A program made the position numbers and the translations under genes. A model generated the notes under the pieces. The model had not been told where the DNA came from and ran no database searches. It worked only from the letters and a program-made list of their open reading frames with translations. A stretch of 64,000 nucleotides of DNA from Obrimoposthia wandeli (taxonomy: Eukaryota). Shown piece after piece: positions 30,093-41,158 of the stretch; the stretch's first letter is position 1; every line of letters begins with the position of its first letter. The stretch lies in contig CDROCS010004142.1 in assembly GCA_977020255.1 (NCBI GenBank), positions 1 through 64,000 on the forward strand, given 5' to 3'.

Positions 30093-32345
30093 ATGACCGA
30101 TACGCAAAGCTCTAAAGCATCAAAAGCAGATAACTCTAATAGCCTTTTAGAAGCGCTACACCGTGTTCAAGGAATCATCGAATTTAATCTTGATGGCAGC
30201 ATTATTACTGCTAACGATAAATTTCTTTCAACATTAGGCTATACCCTTGATGAAATTGAGGGCAAGCATCACCGAATTTTTTGCGACCCGCAATATACCA
30301 AAACGGATGATTACAAAGCATTTTGGGAGAAACTAGGGCATGGCGAATATGATACAGGTGAGTACAAACGCTTAGCAAAAGCGGGTAACGAGATCTGGAT
30401 CAATGCCTCTTATAACCCTGTTTTTGATGCGGATGGCAAACCTTATAAAGTGGTAAAGTTTGCGACCGATGTGACAGCAGAAAAGTTACAAACCTTTGAC
30501 TATGAAAGTAAAATTAACGCCATCAGCCGCGCTCAAGGCGTTATTGAGTTTAATCTAGATGGCAGTGTTATTACGGCTAATGATAACTTTCTTGCAGCAT
30601 TAGGTTATTCTCTGGATGAAATTGAGGGTAAGCATCATCGCATTTTTTGTGATCCACAATACACCCAGAGCGAAGACTATAAAGCGTTTTGGGAGAAACT
30701 CGCTCGTGGCGAATATGAAAAAGGCGAATACAAACGCCTAGGTAAAATGGGTAATGATGTTTGGATCAATGCCTCTTATAACCCGGTATTAGATGCTGAA
30801 GGCATTGCTTATAAAGTCGTCAAATTCGCCACAGATGTTAGCGCAATAAAATTACAAACTTCTGACTTTGAAAGTAAAATTAATGCGATAAGTCGAGCTC
30901 AAGCGGTCGTTGAATTTAACCTCGATGGCAGCATCATCACAGCAAACGATAACTTTCTATCCATTTCAGGTTATGATCTTGATGATATTCAAGGTAAGCA
31001 TCATCGTATTTTCTGCGACCCGCAATATACCAAAACAGATGATTACAAAGAGTTTTGGCAAAAACTAGGTCGGGGTGAATATGATGCAGGTGAGTACAAA
31101 CGCCTAGGTAAAACGGGTAGCGAAATTTGGATTAATGCCTCTTATAACCCAGTACTTGATGCTGAGGGCAAGCCTTATAAAGTGGTTAAATTCGCCACGG
31201 ATGTGACGGCTACTAAATTACAGACCTCTGAATTTGAAGGGAAAATTAACGCCATTAATCGTGCTCAAGCAGTGATTGAATTCAATCTTGATGGCAGTGT
31301 TATCACCGCTAACGATAATTTTTTGGCCACTTTGGGTTACACCCTTGAAGAAATTAAGGGTAAGCATCACCGTATTTTCTGCGACCCGCAATATACAAAG
31401 ACTGATGATTACAGAGAATTTTGGGAAAAGTTGGCACGTGGTGAATTTGAGTCTGCACGCTATAAAAGATTGGGCAGTGCAGGTAATACGATCTGGATTC
31501 AAGCGACCTATAATCCTATTTTTGATTTAAACGGTAACGTTTACAAAGTTGTTAAGTTTTCCTCAGACATTTCAGCACAAGTAAACTTAGAAGAGCAAGT
31601 CACTAAAATTGCGATCGATTTTGCTAACAAATCTAAAGACATTTCAGAGCAATCTTTTACTGTTTCAGAAGGCGCTCAGACACTAGGGGCAACTACTGAA
31701 GAGATGAATGCATCAATTGAAGAGCTTAGCGCTTCTATTGATTCTATTGCGCAAAATACCAAAGAAGCCAATGAAATAGCTAAAAGCACTCAGACAGAAG
31801 CAGATCATGGTTCTAAAGCGATCGCTAATTCAATTGAATCGATGGAGCTTATTAATAAGTCATCAGAAGAAATTAGCGAAATAGTTAAGGTCATTAGTGA
31901 GATAGCGAGTCAAACCAATTTACTGGCCTTTAACGCCGCCATTGAAGCTGCACGCGCAGGCGAGCATGGTCTTGGCTTCTCAGTGGTTGCTGATGAGGTT
32001 AGAAAACTCGCAGAGCGGTCATCGCAAGCGACCAAAGAAATTTCAACACTCATTAACCAATCCGTTAAAAGAGTGGTGCAAGGTGGGGAGGTTTCTAAAG
32101 AAGCTTCACAGGCTTTCAAAAAAATTGTTGCAGGAGTGGAAAAAACGACTCAATCAATCGCTGAAATTACCGTTGCTGCACAAGAGCAACAGTCAGTAGC
32201 GGGAGATGTGAGTGATGCTATTCAACAAATAGTCGACTCAACTGAGAAATCAGCCATCGCCTCAGAAACAATCGCAAAATCTACCGCTGTTTTGTCACAA
32301 GGTGCTGAGAACCTTGAGCTTGAAATGAAGAAATTCGCATCTTAG
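30093..32345 (+). CDS. Cytoplasmic chemoreceptor with four tandem PAS-PAC domains (BdlA-like)
   Basis: PAS repeats at 30165, 30531, 30897 and 31263 (366-nt period); [38 protein letters not shown]; no TM helix; AAGGA RBS. Confidence 0.95.
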   Translation: MTDTQSSKASKADNSNSLLEALHRVQGIIEFNLDGSIITANDKFLSTLGYTLDEIEGKHHRIFCDPQYTKTDDYKAFWEKLGHGEYDTGEYKRLAKAGNEIWINASYNPVFDADGKPYKVVKFATDVTAEKLQTFDYESKINAISRAQGVIEFNLDGSVITANDNFLAALGYSLDEIEGKHHRIFCDPQYTQSEDYKAFWEKLARGEYEKGEYKRLGKMGNDVWINASYNPVLDAEGIAYKVVKFATDVSAIKLQTSDFESKINAISRAQAVVEFNLDGSIITANDNFLSISGYDLDDIQGKHHRIFCDPQYTKTDDYKEFWQKLGRGEYDAGEYKRLGKTGSEIWINASYNPVLDAEGKPYKVVKFATDVTATKLQTSEFEGKINAINRAQAVIEFNLDGSVITANDNFLATLGYTLEEIKGKHHRIFCDPQYTKTDDYREFWEKLARGEFESARYKRLGSAGNTIWIQATYNPIFDLNGNVYKVVKFSSDISAQVNLEEQVTKIAIDFANKSKDISEQSFTVSEGAQTLGATTEEMNASIEELSASIDSIAQNTKEANEIAKSTQTEADHGSKAIANSIESMELINKSSEEISEIVKVISEIASQTNLLAFNAAIEAARAGEHGLGFSVVADEVRKLAERSSQATKEISTLINQSVKRVVQGGEVSKEASQAFKKIVAGVEKTTQSIAEITVAAQEQQSVAGDVSDAIQQIVDSTEKSAIASETIAKSTAVLSQGAENLELEMKKFAS

Positions 32346-32356
32346 ACAAGCATAAT

Positions 32357-33187
32357 ATGAACATAAAGAATCGTGAAAGAATGACGCTATCGTGTTTTAA
32401 CCACTATATAGCGTTCATTCATAGTATGACGGGCATTACGATTGGTAAAGCGCGTAAATCAATGGTTATTGGCAGGGTTCGCAAGCGGGTAGCCGCGTTA
32501 GAGATTGAAAGTTACGAGGAATATCTTCAACTTGTAAAAAACGACAAGCAAGAAGAGAAATACTTTATAGATCTTATTACTACCAATGAAACGTATTTTT
32601 ATAGAACACCGCGGGTTTGGGATTATATCGTTAATGAGTATTTAACTGCTTATTACGGCCAAAACGGTGGAAAAAAACTAAACATTTGGTCAGCGGCGGC
32701 TTCAACAGGAGAAGAAGCCCACACCTTAGGTATTGTGTGCCATGCATTCAAAAAGAGTCATCCAGGATTTAGGTATAATATTACGGGTACAGATATTTCA
32801 CCTGCAGTGATAAAAAAAGCAGTAGAAGGCCTATATAAGGGCAGAGCAATAGACAACTTTCGAAAAATTAAGCCTGACCTCTTTACAACCTATATGAGGG
32901 GAGGTGATGAAAGCGGTTATCAGGTGTTGGCTGAGGTTAAGTCAAATATGCAATTTAAGACACACAACCTTTTTTCTAAATTTAAGAGCCGTGATAAATT
33001 TGATCTTATATTATTAAGAAATGTGCTTATCTATTTCAATAAAGAAGATCAGGAAAAAGTGCTGGCCAATATTCAACACAGTTTAGGGGCTGATGGGTGT
33101 CTTATTATTGGTGAATCAGAATCGCTCATTCATCTAAATACCGGTTTCGAGTCAATCATGCCACTTGTATATAGGCTTAAGTCATGA
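32357..33187 (+). CDS. cheR: Chemotaxis methyltransferase CheR
   Basis: TTNETYFYR, IWSAAASTGEEA and FDLILLRNVLIYF. Confidence 0.93.
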   Translation: MNIKNRERMTLSCFNHYIAFIHSMTGITIGKARKSMVIGRVRKRVAALEIESYEEYLQLVKNDKQEEKYFIDLITTNETYFYRTPRVWDYIVNEYLTAYYGQNGGKKLNIWSAAASTGEEAHTLGIVCHAFKKSHPGFRYNITGTDISPAVIKKAVEGLYKGRAIDNFRKIKPDLFTTYMRGGDESGYQVLAEVKSNMQFKTHNLFSKFKSRDKFDLILLRNVLIYFNKEDQEKVLANIQHSLGADGCLIIGESESLIHLNTGFESIMPLVYRLKS

Positions 33188-33681
33188 CTAAACAGGATAT
33201 TTATGTGCTTATTGGTGAGGTTAAAGTTGGCAGCAGTAATGACGTGCTACACGCGATATTAGGCTCATGTGTTGGTATTGCCTTTTTATGCCCCTCCAAA
33301 GATATTTATGGCCTTGCGCATTGCTTACTTCCTGAATCGCCTGATAATTCTAGTGATAAAGGCGCATCTTTCAAACTGGGTGCACGTTATGTGGATCAAG
33401 CCATCGCGTCTTTGTTAAAGCTTATGGAAATAGAAAAAAAAGATTACAGTGATATTCAAGCAGTCGTTGCAGGAGGTGGGAATATGACGAAACCTAAAAC
33501 GACAAAAGCTGAGAAGCTGATAGGCTCCATCAACGTTAATACCGCGATTGAATGTTTAAAAAAAGAGGGCATAGCGATAGTCCACAAAGATGTCGGCGGG
33601 TTAGAGGGCAGAAAAATATCTTTGTGCTGCGCTTCTGATGAATATGAAATTAAAAGTATTTCACGAAACAAGTTTTCGTAA
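33184..33681 (+). CDS. cheD: Chemoreceptor glutamine deamidase CheD
   Basis: LGSCVGI, H.LLP, GARY.D, AGGGNM and DVGG..GRKI. Confidence 0.92.
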   Translation: MTKQDIYVLIGEVKVGSSNDVLHAILGSCVGIAFLCPSKDIYGLAHCLLPESPDNSSDKGASFKLGARYVDQAIASLLKLMEIEKKDYSDIQAVVAGGGNMTKPKTTKAEKLIGSINVNTAIECLKKEGIAIVHKDVGGLEGRKISLCCASDEYEIKSISRNKFS

Positions 33682-33693
33682 GCGGAGAATTTT

Positions 33694-35259
33694 ATGCAAA
33701 CACAGCCACCTCAGAGCGAGCAATTAACAGATCCCATATCGGTAACTGCACCAACGCTTGGCAAAAATGTGCGCCGTAATGTGTTTGGCTCGTTCTTGCT
33801 TTGTGGTACAGAGTTTGCGATTAGTGCCAGTGCTATTCAAGAGGTGGTTAATGAGCAAGGCAATTATACTAACGTACCGCTATCTCCAGATTACTTAGTT
33901 GGGTTATTCAATCTTCGAGGGGTAATTATCCCTCTGGTCGATTTAAGAAAAGTATTTAACCTTGTTGAAACGCCAGAGAACGCTACAACTGAGAGAATAA
34001 TTGCGATTATACAATATGGCCAATTTAGCGTGGGGCTGCTGTTTGACCACACAGGTGATGTGTTTGATGAATCTGACGTGGATAGAATTCAGTTTAGTCA
34101 CGGTGAGCAAGAGAGCCAAAAATCAGTAGTGCAAGGGGCCTTTAAGCTAGATAACGGCGATAGAATCATTCAAATTATTGACCCTCATGAAATCATCAAT
34201 CTTAAGAAAATACCTCAATCCAATGATTCAGTCGCTTCAAACGCCAGAAAAAAGCGTGGCAAGCGCAATCAATGCATTTCATTTGAAGTGGGTGGATCTA
34301 TTTGTGCGCTGTCTATCAATGCGATACGTGAAGTACGTATCATCGAGAAAATAGATAATCAGGTCTTAGTGGGTGGGAACTGTTTAGGTGCTATTAACAT
34401 CAGAGGTAATACGGTGCCCATTATTGATTTTGGCGCGCTGTTAGGCGCTCCTCCTACGCTAATTGATAATGAAGTATCGTGTGAACACACAGTTATTGTG
34501 ATGAAAATCGAGCAAGGTTTTTTTGGATTATTGATAAGCTCTGTCAAAAATATTATCTCGTATTACGATGAAGATATGATTCCATTTCCGGTGATAGGCG
34601 ACAATAAGGTAAAAATGTTTGATGGCTGTATTTCACAAGATGATGCAATAGAAACCATCTTATTGAATCATAATGAAATATTTTCTGATGATGAAGTCAA
34701 TGAAATTGCGCAAGGCCACGGTAATTTATATAAAGAGCACAATGCTGATACGAATAACCAAGCGAGCAAGAAAGGCGAGAAAAAGACCTACATATTATTT
34801 TCAATTGATAATAGCTATGCACTAGAGATTCACCAAGTAAATGAAGTTATCGACTACCCCGATGAAATAATCGTCCCTTTAAGCCTTCCTAAACATGTGA
34901 AAGGAATGATTAACTTAAGAGGCACGATGGTTGCCGTGATTGATACCAGAGCATTATATAATCTTGATGAAGCCGCGCCTGCAACTGAGCCTAAGATACT
35001 GATTTTCATTGAAGGAAACTCAAAGTATGGGCTGATTATAGATTCAATTGATTCTATCGTCGCACTGTCCAGTGACTATTCAATCCCAATACCTAAGTGC
35101 TCTAAAGAAGACAGAGATAATGCCTTATCTTTGGGTGCGAAAGACATTATTCAAATGGATGTAGGGGAGGAGACTAAACAAACAATACTAGTGATGGATA
35201 TCCCTTTAATCATTTTGAAATTAAATGCAGCAGAGGCTGAGCAAAATATTCTTCATTAA
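33694..35259 (+). CDS. cheW: Triple-domain CheW coupling protein
   Basis: Three CheW repeats (GLFNLRGVIIPLVDL, GAINIRGNTVPIIDF, GMINLRGTMVAVID). Confidence 0.9.
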   Translation: MQTQPPQSEQLTDPISVTAPTLGKNVRRNVFGSFLLCGTEFAISASAIQEVVNEQGNYTNVPLSPDYLVGLFNLRGVIIPLVDLRKVFNLVETPENATTERIIAIIQYGQFSVGLLFDHTGDVFDESDVDRIQFSHGEQESQKSVVQGAFKLDNGDRIIQIIDPHEIINLKKIPQSNDSVASNARKKRGKRNQCISFEVGGSICALSINAIREVRIIEKIDNQVLVGGNCLGAINIRGNTVPIIDFGALLGAPPTLIDNEVSCEHTVIVMKIEQGFFGLLISSVKNIISYYDEDMIPFPVIGDNKVKMFDGCISQDDAIETILLNHNEIFSDDEVNEIAQGHGNLYKEHNADTNNQASKKGEKKTYILFSIDNSYALEIHQVNEVIDYPDEIIVPLSLPKHVKGMINLRGTMVAVIDTRALYNLDEAAPATEPKILIFIEGNSKYGLIIDSIDSIVALSSDYSIPIPKCSKEDRDNALSLGAKDIIQMDVGEETKQTILVMDIPLIILKLNAAEAEQNILH

Positions 35260-35520
35260 AGGAGAGTTTGTCGCAGCAAGTTTTTTTAGAGATGGTGTAT
35301 ACGCAATAAGACTCATTTAATTGATAATAATTTAGCAGAAAATAGCATCTGCTTGTTTGTGAGTAGCCATAAAGAACAGGCTGCTCAGTAAGCATCAAAC
35401 AGGTGAGAAATGTAGTACTAATCTATATCGCATGGTACTTATTGCGAGCGCTGTCTGCCAGCATAGGATTTACTTATAACAGCTACTAAGCGTGTCTGAA
35501 ATATAATATAATCATCAGTT

Positions 35521-36480
35521 ATGGACAAAAAAACACGTTTAATAGATATACTTCTCTTTGATGGCTTGGATTTGCTTGAATTTGCAGGGCCAGTTCAAGC
35601 TTTTATTAGCGCAAACGACTTTGAAAGTGAAAGCTATATCCACCGGTATGTTTCGATAGATGGTGCTGATGTGATTACATCTTGCGGCTTGCGCCTTGGC
35701 GTGACAACAGCTGCAACTACGGGAGTTGGCACTCAAGACCTGCTGATCCCTGGCGGAAGCGGTGTTGATAAAGCGGTTGGCAATCAATGCATACAATCAC
35801 TTATTTCTAAATGGCAAATTGACGGTAGCGACCGACGAATTATTTCTATTTGTTCTGGGGCTCTTCTACTTGCCAATGCTGGCGTTCTTGATGGCCTATC
35901 AGCGACAACACATTGGCGCCGTCTTCAGCAAGCACGAAATCAGTTTCCCAATGTGAATTGGACAATTGATCAGCTTTATTCTATCCAAGGACAATTAATG
36001 ACGTCAGCAGGGGTTACCTCTGGTATAGACCTTGCTCTTGAAGTGATCCGCAGGGATCGTGGACCCATGGTCGCTCTTTCTACAGCACGGCAATTGGTCG
36101 TTTATTTGAAACGTAACGGTGGCCAGAATCAGTTTTCTGACTTACTCGAAGCACAGTTTTCAGATTGTAAAGAATTGGGTAAATTGACGACAGATATTCT
36201 TGCCTCTCCGCGTACTAACTGGACTTTGGAGCTGATGGCTGATGTAGTCAATCTAACACCAAGAACACTTACTCGACGCTTCTCAAAGTCTTTTGGTGTA
36301 TCGCCGGCTAAATTTCTGGAACGTGTGCGTGTGAAAATAGCAGCAGATGCTATTAGCAGCGGTGCCCCAATTGAAAAAGCAGTCAATATAGCTGGGTTCT
36401 CAGGATTTCAACAAATGCAGAGGGCCTTTAAACGGCAAATTGGCTCGACTGCTAGTCTCTACAAAGATAGGTTCTGTTGA
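35521..36480 (+). CDS. GlxA-family AraC regulator (DJ-1/PfpI plus HTH)
   Basis: SICSGA.LLA.AG.LDG..ATTHW, TSAGVTSGIDLAL and C-terminal AraC HTH. Confidence 0.92.
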   Translation: MDKKTRLIDILLFDGLDLLEFAGPVQAFISANDFESESYIHRYVSIDGADVITSCGLRLGVTTAATTGVGTQDLLIPGGSGVDKAVGNQCIQSLISKWQIDGSDRRIISICSGALLLANAGVLDGLSATTHWRRLQQARNQFPNVNWTIDQLYSIQGQLMTSAGVTSGIDLALEVIRRDRGPMVALSTARQLVVYLKRNGGQNQFSDLLEAQFSDCKELGKLTTDILASPRTNWTLELMADVVNLTPRTLTRRFSKSFGVSPAKFLERVRVKIAADAISSGAPIEKAVNIAGFSGFQQMQRAFKRQIGSTASLYKDRFC

Positions 36481-36619
36481 TTTCAAAAGGTGATGTGATT
36501 CACTGCTTCAAACCCCAATTGTAAAGTGCCGATCCTATGAGCCAGCTTTAGTGAAGCAGTTTGAATGGAGTAAAAGTACCCATCTAAATAACATGAAATA
36601 GATGGGCTATGCTTTTACT

Positions 36620-37354
36620 TTAAGCGGTAGCAAGGTAGGTGTCTAATGCTTCTGACCCACCGATAAGATTGCCATTGATAAAGATCTGTGGTGCTGTTGA
36701 TTTACCTGAGACTGAGCGTAACGTGGATTCTTTGAAATCCCTATTTAGAATCAATTCGTCGAACTCGATACCCGCATTAGCTAAGGCTTGCTTGGCATGT
36801 ACACAAAATGAGCAGCCATCTCTACTAAAGATAGTTGCATCGACGGGTTTTGATGCCTCAGGTGCGATGTAATTCAGCATAGTGTCAGCATCTGACACTT
36901 CAAACGCCTTGCCTGGCTCATCTGATTCAAGGAATATCTTTTCAATAACCCCATCTCTTACCAGCATAGAATAGCGCTTTGAACGGCTGCCCATTCTCTG
37001 TTGGAGTTTTTCATTCAACATCCCCATGACATTGCTAAAATCGCCATTGCCATCAGGAATAAAAGTAAGGTTGTATGCCTTTTGTTCTTTTTGCCATTGG
37101 GCCATAACAAATGGATCGTTGACAGATAAGCAGAGAACCTCGTCAATCCCGTGCTGTTTAAAAATAGGCGTTAATTGGTTGAACCTTGGAACATGAGTTG
37201 ATGAGCAAGTGGGAGTGAAAGCGCCAGGTAAAGCGAACAGAATGACGTTCTTCGCGCTAAAAATATTATCAGTGGTTCTATCAATCGCTTCATGTTCACG
37301 AAGTGTATGAAAAACCATTTCAGGTATATGTTGTCCTTCTTTATTTGTGGGCAT
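36620..37354 (-). CDS. Hybrid peroxiredoxin-glutaredoxin (Prx5-Grx, glutathione peroxidase)
   Basis: LPGAFTPTCSSTHVP, CLSVND.FVM, RS.RYSMLV and C-terminal Grx CSFC...PQIFI.G. Confidence 0.93.
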   Translation of the reverse strand: MPTNKEGQHIPEMVFHTLREHEAIDRTTDNIFSAKNVILFALPGAFTPTCSSTHVPRFNQLTPIFKQHGIDEVLCLSVNDPFVMAQWQKEQKAYNLTFIPDGNGDFSNVMGMLNEKLQQRMGSRSKRYSMLVRDGVIEKIFLESDEPGKAFEVSDADTMLNYIAPEASKPVDATIFSRDGCSFCVHAKQALANAGIEFDELILNRDFKESTLRSVSGKSTAPQIFINGNLIGGSEALDTYLATA

Positions 37355-37716
37355 AGTCTTTACCTTACAGCTGTTATTTTAAATTATTAATGTTTTATAA
37401 TTACGTTTGGTTTTGTGTCTATTTTATTACTTAAAAACGGCTCATTTGTGGTGTTAAAAGCATCTTTGTAAGCACTGCGTATCATAGCATTTGAGCGTTT
37501 AGGCATAATTGACATAAAATTATCAATTATGGACAAAATAGAGTGTATGTAGATATTTTGTGATGTGGTGTGGTACGTGGCTCTTGAATTTTCAGAGTCA
37601 GCATAAATATTGAGAACTGTTTTTTGACAAACAGAGCGTTAATCTCAATGATGATTTTAGATGGCGCTATATAGAGCGCTGAGAATAGATTTTTATAACG
37701 CTATGAGAGGAGATTT

Positions 37717-38256
37717 TTAACTATCAAATTGATGTTCGCGACAAATCTGGCTGATATCAGTCTCAGTTAAAACTTCTTCCGTTAGGCCACATAGATAAGT
37801 ATTGCCACTAAGCTTGTTGTTATGTCGACAGGATTTGCATTGACCAAACCCTTTGTTGCTATTTTGAGCCTGCCATTTAAGTAGTAATGATTTAGTAAAC
37901 TCAATACCTTCAGCAGTTTCCTCAGTATTGGGTAAATAGCTTAACATTCTTTGTAAACAATCTTTACCTTTGTTCGTTAGGTAAAGTCGAGTAACCCGTT
38001 TGTCGCTGTCACAGGGTTTTCGCTCGATAAAATATTCCTTTTCAAGAACTTTTAAGCTCTGCGAAATACTTCCTTTAGTTTGACCTAGATATTCAGTCAG
38101 TGCCTGAGCCGTGTTTGAATATCGGTTGCTTATAGATAGAAACTGAAGAATCTCTAGATGTACTACCTGTATGTTTTCTGAATTGGCAGCGTTACGCATT
38201 TGGCTTCTATAAAGAGAAAAGAGTCTTTCAAGCCATATTTCAATATCGTTTATCAT
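37717..38256 (-). CDS. MarR-family regulator with C-terminal four-Cys extension
   Basis: wHTH with D.R...L.LT..G; C-terminal CxxC-x12-C-x15-C; start placed at 38256 because the longer ORF start overlaps the operator. Confidence 0.85.
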   Translation of the reverse strand: MINDIEIWLERLFSLYRSQMRNAANSENIQVVHLEILQFLSISNRYSNTAQALTEYLGQTKGSISQSLKVLEKEYFIERKPCDSDKRVTRLYLTNKGKDCLQRMLSYLPNTEETAEGIEFTKSLLLKWQAQNSNKGFGQCKSCRHNNKLSGNTYLCGLTEEVLTETDISQICREHQFDS

Positions 38257-38263
38257 GTTTTTA

Positions 38264-38340
38264 ATAGTATAGATTCTAAACCTTGTTGACAACAGATTTT
38301 TTTCCGTTATCATGCAAATATAGTTTAGAGTCTAAACTAT
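38264..38340. promoter_or_regulatory. Operator pair in the divergent marR intergenic region
   Basis: Perfect 10-1-10 palindrome ATAGTTTAGA-G-TCTAAACTAT at 38320-38340 and variant ATAGTATAGATTCTAAAC at 38264-38281. Confidence 0.8.
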
Positions 38341-38374
38341 ATTGTGTTTCAAAAACCTTATTGGGAGAACCAAC

Positions 38375-39124
38375 ATGAAAAAGAAATTATTATCGGTATT
38401 ACTCACGCCAGTATTAGCGGCACTAGCGCCAATGCATGCTCATGCATCAGCAGATCATGATGGGCATATCATTTCAGCTAGTTCAAAAAAAATCAGCGCA
38501 CAATATGACATTATTCACGCTAAAGTCACCACACAAGGTAGCCATTTAGTTTTCCAACAAGAAGTGAGAGGGAAGGTGGCGCAGAGCAAACCTGCAGTAA
38601 CGGGGAAACTAGCGGGTGCCGGGGTTTATAGTTATGTGTGGCCTACCAGTTTAAACAGTAAGGCCGTCGGTTTTGAAGCGGATCAAGGGATCTTGGCATT
38701 AGCGCTGACAGTTCACCCCGATTTCGATGATACCCCTTTATATGATGAAAATGGTGACGGTAATAAAACCAATGATGGTGATAAATGGCACAGCCATTGG
38801 GTTGTGCTTGTTAAGGATCCAAGTTGTGGCCCTGTGGGAATGAAAGTTAAGGATATTGCTGAAGGGACATTTCCTAAGCTGCCCGCTACTTGGCCTAATC
38901 TACCCATTTTTATTGATAGCCCTGGATACACATTTTCATTAAAGAACAGTAAGGTTTTAGTGCGTGTCCCGCTTAAAGATATAGGCTTTCCTACAACATT
39001 TAATTTCGATGGTGTCACTTCTGCACTCAAAGTAAATCAACAAATACATGCGCCTTTGTTATGTATTACAGATGTTTGGGATATAGCGTCTACAGATTTA
39101 AGTTTGCCTGGAATTTCTAAGTAA
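38375..39124 (+). CDS. Exported His-containing hypothetical protein
   Basis: GGAG RBS, signal peptide, ADHDGH, HPDFDDTPL.DE and WHSHWVVL. Confidence 0.8.
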   Translation: MKKKLLSVLLTPVLAALAPMHAHASADHDGHIISASSKKISAQYDIIHAKVTTQGSHLVFQQEVRGKVAQSKPAVTGKLAGAGVYSYVWPTSLNSKAVGFEADQGILALALTVHPDFDDTPLYDENGDGNKTNDGDKWHSHWVVLVKDPSCGPVGMKVKDIAEGTFPKLPATWPNLPIFIDSPGYTFSLKNSKVLVRVPLKDIGFPTTFNFDGVTSALKVNQQIHAPLLCITDVWDIASTDLSLPGISK

Positions 39125-39178
39125 TAACTAACATGGCTACTACTAAACGTAGTTAACTTTTTATAATTGAGAAAAAAT

Positions 39179-39442
39179 ATGAAAATTGATGTTTACGATA
39201 CTTACGCGACGTTATCTAAAGGTACTAAAGTGCATTTTGATGTGTTTCTTGAGACAGGCCAGTCTAAAGATAAAGCGTTAGAAATAGCTAAATTGTATTT
39301 AGAAACGCTTGGTGAAACGGCAAGTACCATCACACTTGATCAATGTGATTTTTGCCATAAAGAGATAGCTAACCCCGATGTGAAAAAACAGATTGAAGCA
39401 CAGGGTTTTTATATTTTAAAAATGGAAGGTTGCCCGGACTAA
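39179..39442 (+). CDS. DUF2024-like protein
   Basis: MKIDVYDTY....HFDV...C.FCH.E motif. Confidence 0.7.
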   Translation: MKIDVYDTYATLSKGTKVHFDVFLETGQSKDKALEIAKLYLETLGETASTITLDQCDFCHKEIANPDVKKQIEAQGFYILKMEGCPD

Positions 39443-39499
39443 GTACTGATCACCCTTTAAATAAGACATTCAAACTAAGTCGTTTTGAGAGAAACTGTT

Positions 39500-39979
39500 A
39501 TGTTAAAGACTCTAAAAAAGCCACCAGCGCTGTGCATTGAAAACTGGTTAAATACTTCGAACGCTCCCTCATTAGATGCACTTCTGGGGAAGGTTGTGGT
39601 GGTGTTTGCATTTCAAATGCTGTGTCCTGGATGTGTACTACATTTAATTCCGCAAGCTAAAAGACTTCATGAGTTTTTTGATAGTGAAGAAGTTGCAGTG
39701 CTTGGCTTACACACTGTATTTGAACATCATCAAGCGATGTCTGAGGTTTCCCTTAAGGCGTTTTTGTATGAATACAAAGTGAGCTTCCCAGTAGGCATTG
39801 ATAAACCTTCTTTATCTAAAAGTGATCCTCTTCCTCAAACTATGCGTGCTTATAATATGCAGGGGACGCCTACACTGCTTATTTACGATAAACAGGGATG
39901 TTTACGTCAGCATAAAATGGGACACGAGCAAGATTTAGCGCTAGGGGCACAAATAATGTCATTGATTAAAGAGGCATAA
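39500..39979 (+). CDS. Thioredoxin-fold redoxin (TlpA/AhpC-like)
   Basis: FQMLCPGC, GLHTVFEHH and GTPTLLIYDKQG. Confidence 0.85.
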   Translation: MLKTLKKPPALCIENWLNTSNAPSLDALLGKVVVVFAFQMLCPGCVLHLIPQAKRLHEFFDSEEVAVLGLHTVFEHHQAMSEVSLKAFLYEYKVSFPVGIDKPSLSKSDPLPQTMRAYNMQGTPTLLIYDKQGCLRQHKMGHEQDLALGAQIMSLIKEA

Positions 39980-40226
39980 ATAACGTAACAATGTACGTCT
40001 TATAATTATAAATGAGCGCTGTGTTTATTAAAGTTAATGAGGGTAATACATAGCGCTTATTGTTACAGTATCAATTGTGCTGGGTTAGCAATAGCAAGGC
40101 AGTCACTGTATTAAGTTTGATTGAGCGAAAGGTCCTGCTTTATCTCTCTTGATTGAGTAACTTTTTTGCCTAAATAAGGGAGCGTTATAAGATGAATGTA
40201 GTTGTTTTGGACAAAGTGATCTTAGC

Positions 40227-41006
40227 ATGAATGATGATTACAGATTACGTGTGTTTTTAGCTGTAGCCAATGCAGGTTCATTAACAAGAGCTTCGCATAC
40301 TTTAGAGATGAGCCAGCCTGCGGTGAGTAAACATATTAAGCAGCTAGAGCTTCGTTTAGGTCGCAGTTTGTTTCGCCGCCACGGGCGTGGGGTCTCTATG
40401 TCTAGTTGTGGTAAAGAATTATATGAATCTATGTCCCCTGTTTTTAACCAGCTTGATAGTGTGATGAGCTTGATGAAAAATGATAACAGCCAGATTACTG
40501 GTCATTTTAAAATCGCTACAGTACACACTTTGAATAGCTATTTTGTTGCTCCTGTTATTAGAGATGTTTTTGAGCGATTCCCTGATTTGAAACTGCAAAT
40601 TTTCGAGCGTAGTTCGATGGATGTTTCTCAGTTGATTGAAAGAAAACAAGCTGATATTGGGTTGGCATTTGATGCACGAAATAGTAAGACACATCTGATA
40701 TCACTTACTATGCGCCAAATGCTCCTAAAGCGGTTAAAATTTGCAAAGCAACTCAATCATACGATACAAGTTGAGACTGTAGATTTGATGCTTGAAATAG
40801 TAAGAACAGGAATAGCAGCCTGTATATTACCTGCTAACCTACCTAAAAGAATAATAGAAGATAGCGGGTTATTAAGGCGTGATATAGCCAAGGCAAACTT
40901 GCATAGAAAAGTGGTGTTAATTACCCATAATGACAATACTCAATTAGCGGCTATTAAGTGTTTGGTGACTCAGTTTAGTCAGCAAGCAGATAACTACATA
41001 ACATAA
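40227..41006 (+). pseudogene. LysR-family regulator with an apparent in-frame deletion in the effector domain
   Basis: LysR HTH (F.AVA..GS.T.A...L..SQPAVS..I..LE); only 259 aa, and DIGLAFD runs into ..RQML with the usual intervening segment missing. Confidence 0.7.
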
Positions 41007-41158
41007 CTAATAGTTATATCTGCTATATTCTTAATTATCTATCACCACTTCAAACTTCGTTTCATAATCCTTGTGCATTAAATAAGAAATTACACGCAAC
41101 TGTTAATAGCGACGGTTAATAAAGAGTGTAATGAGCTAATTAATAAATAGGTAGTTAT

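Noticed and set aside
30165-31630. 366-bp DNA repeats as a mobile element
   Set aside because: Fully explained by in-frame tandem PAS-PAC domains.
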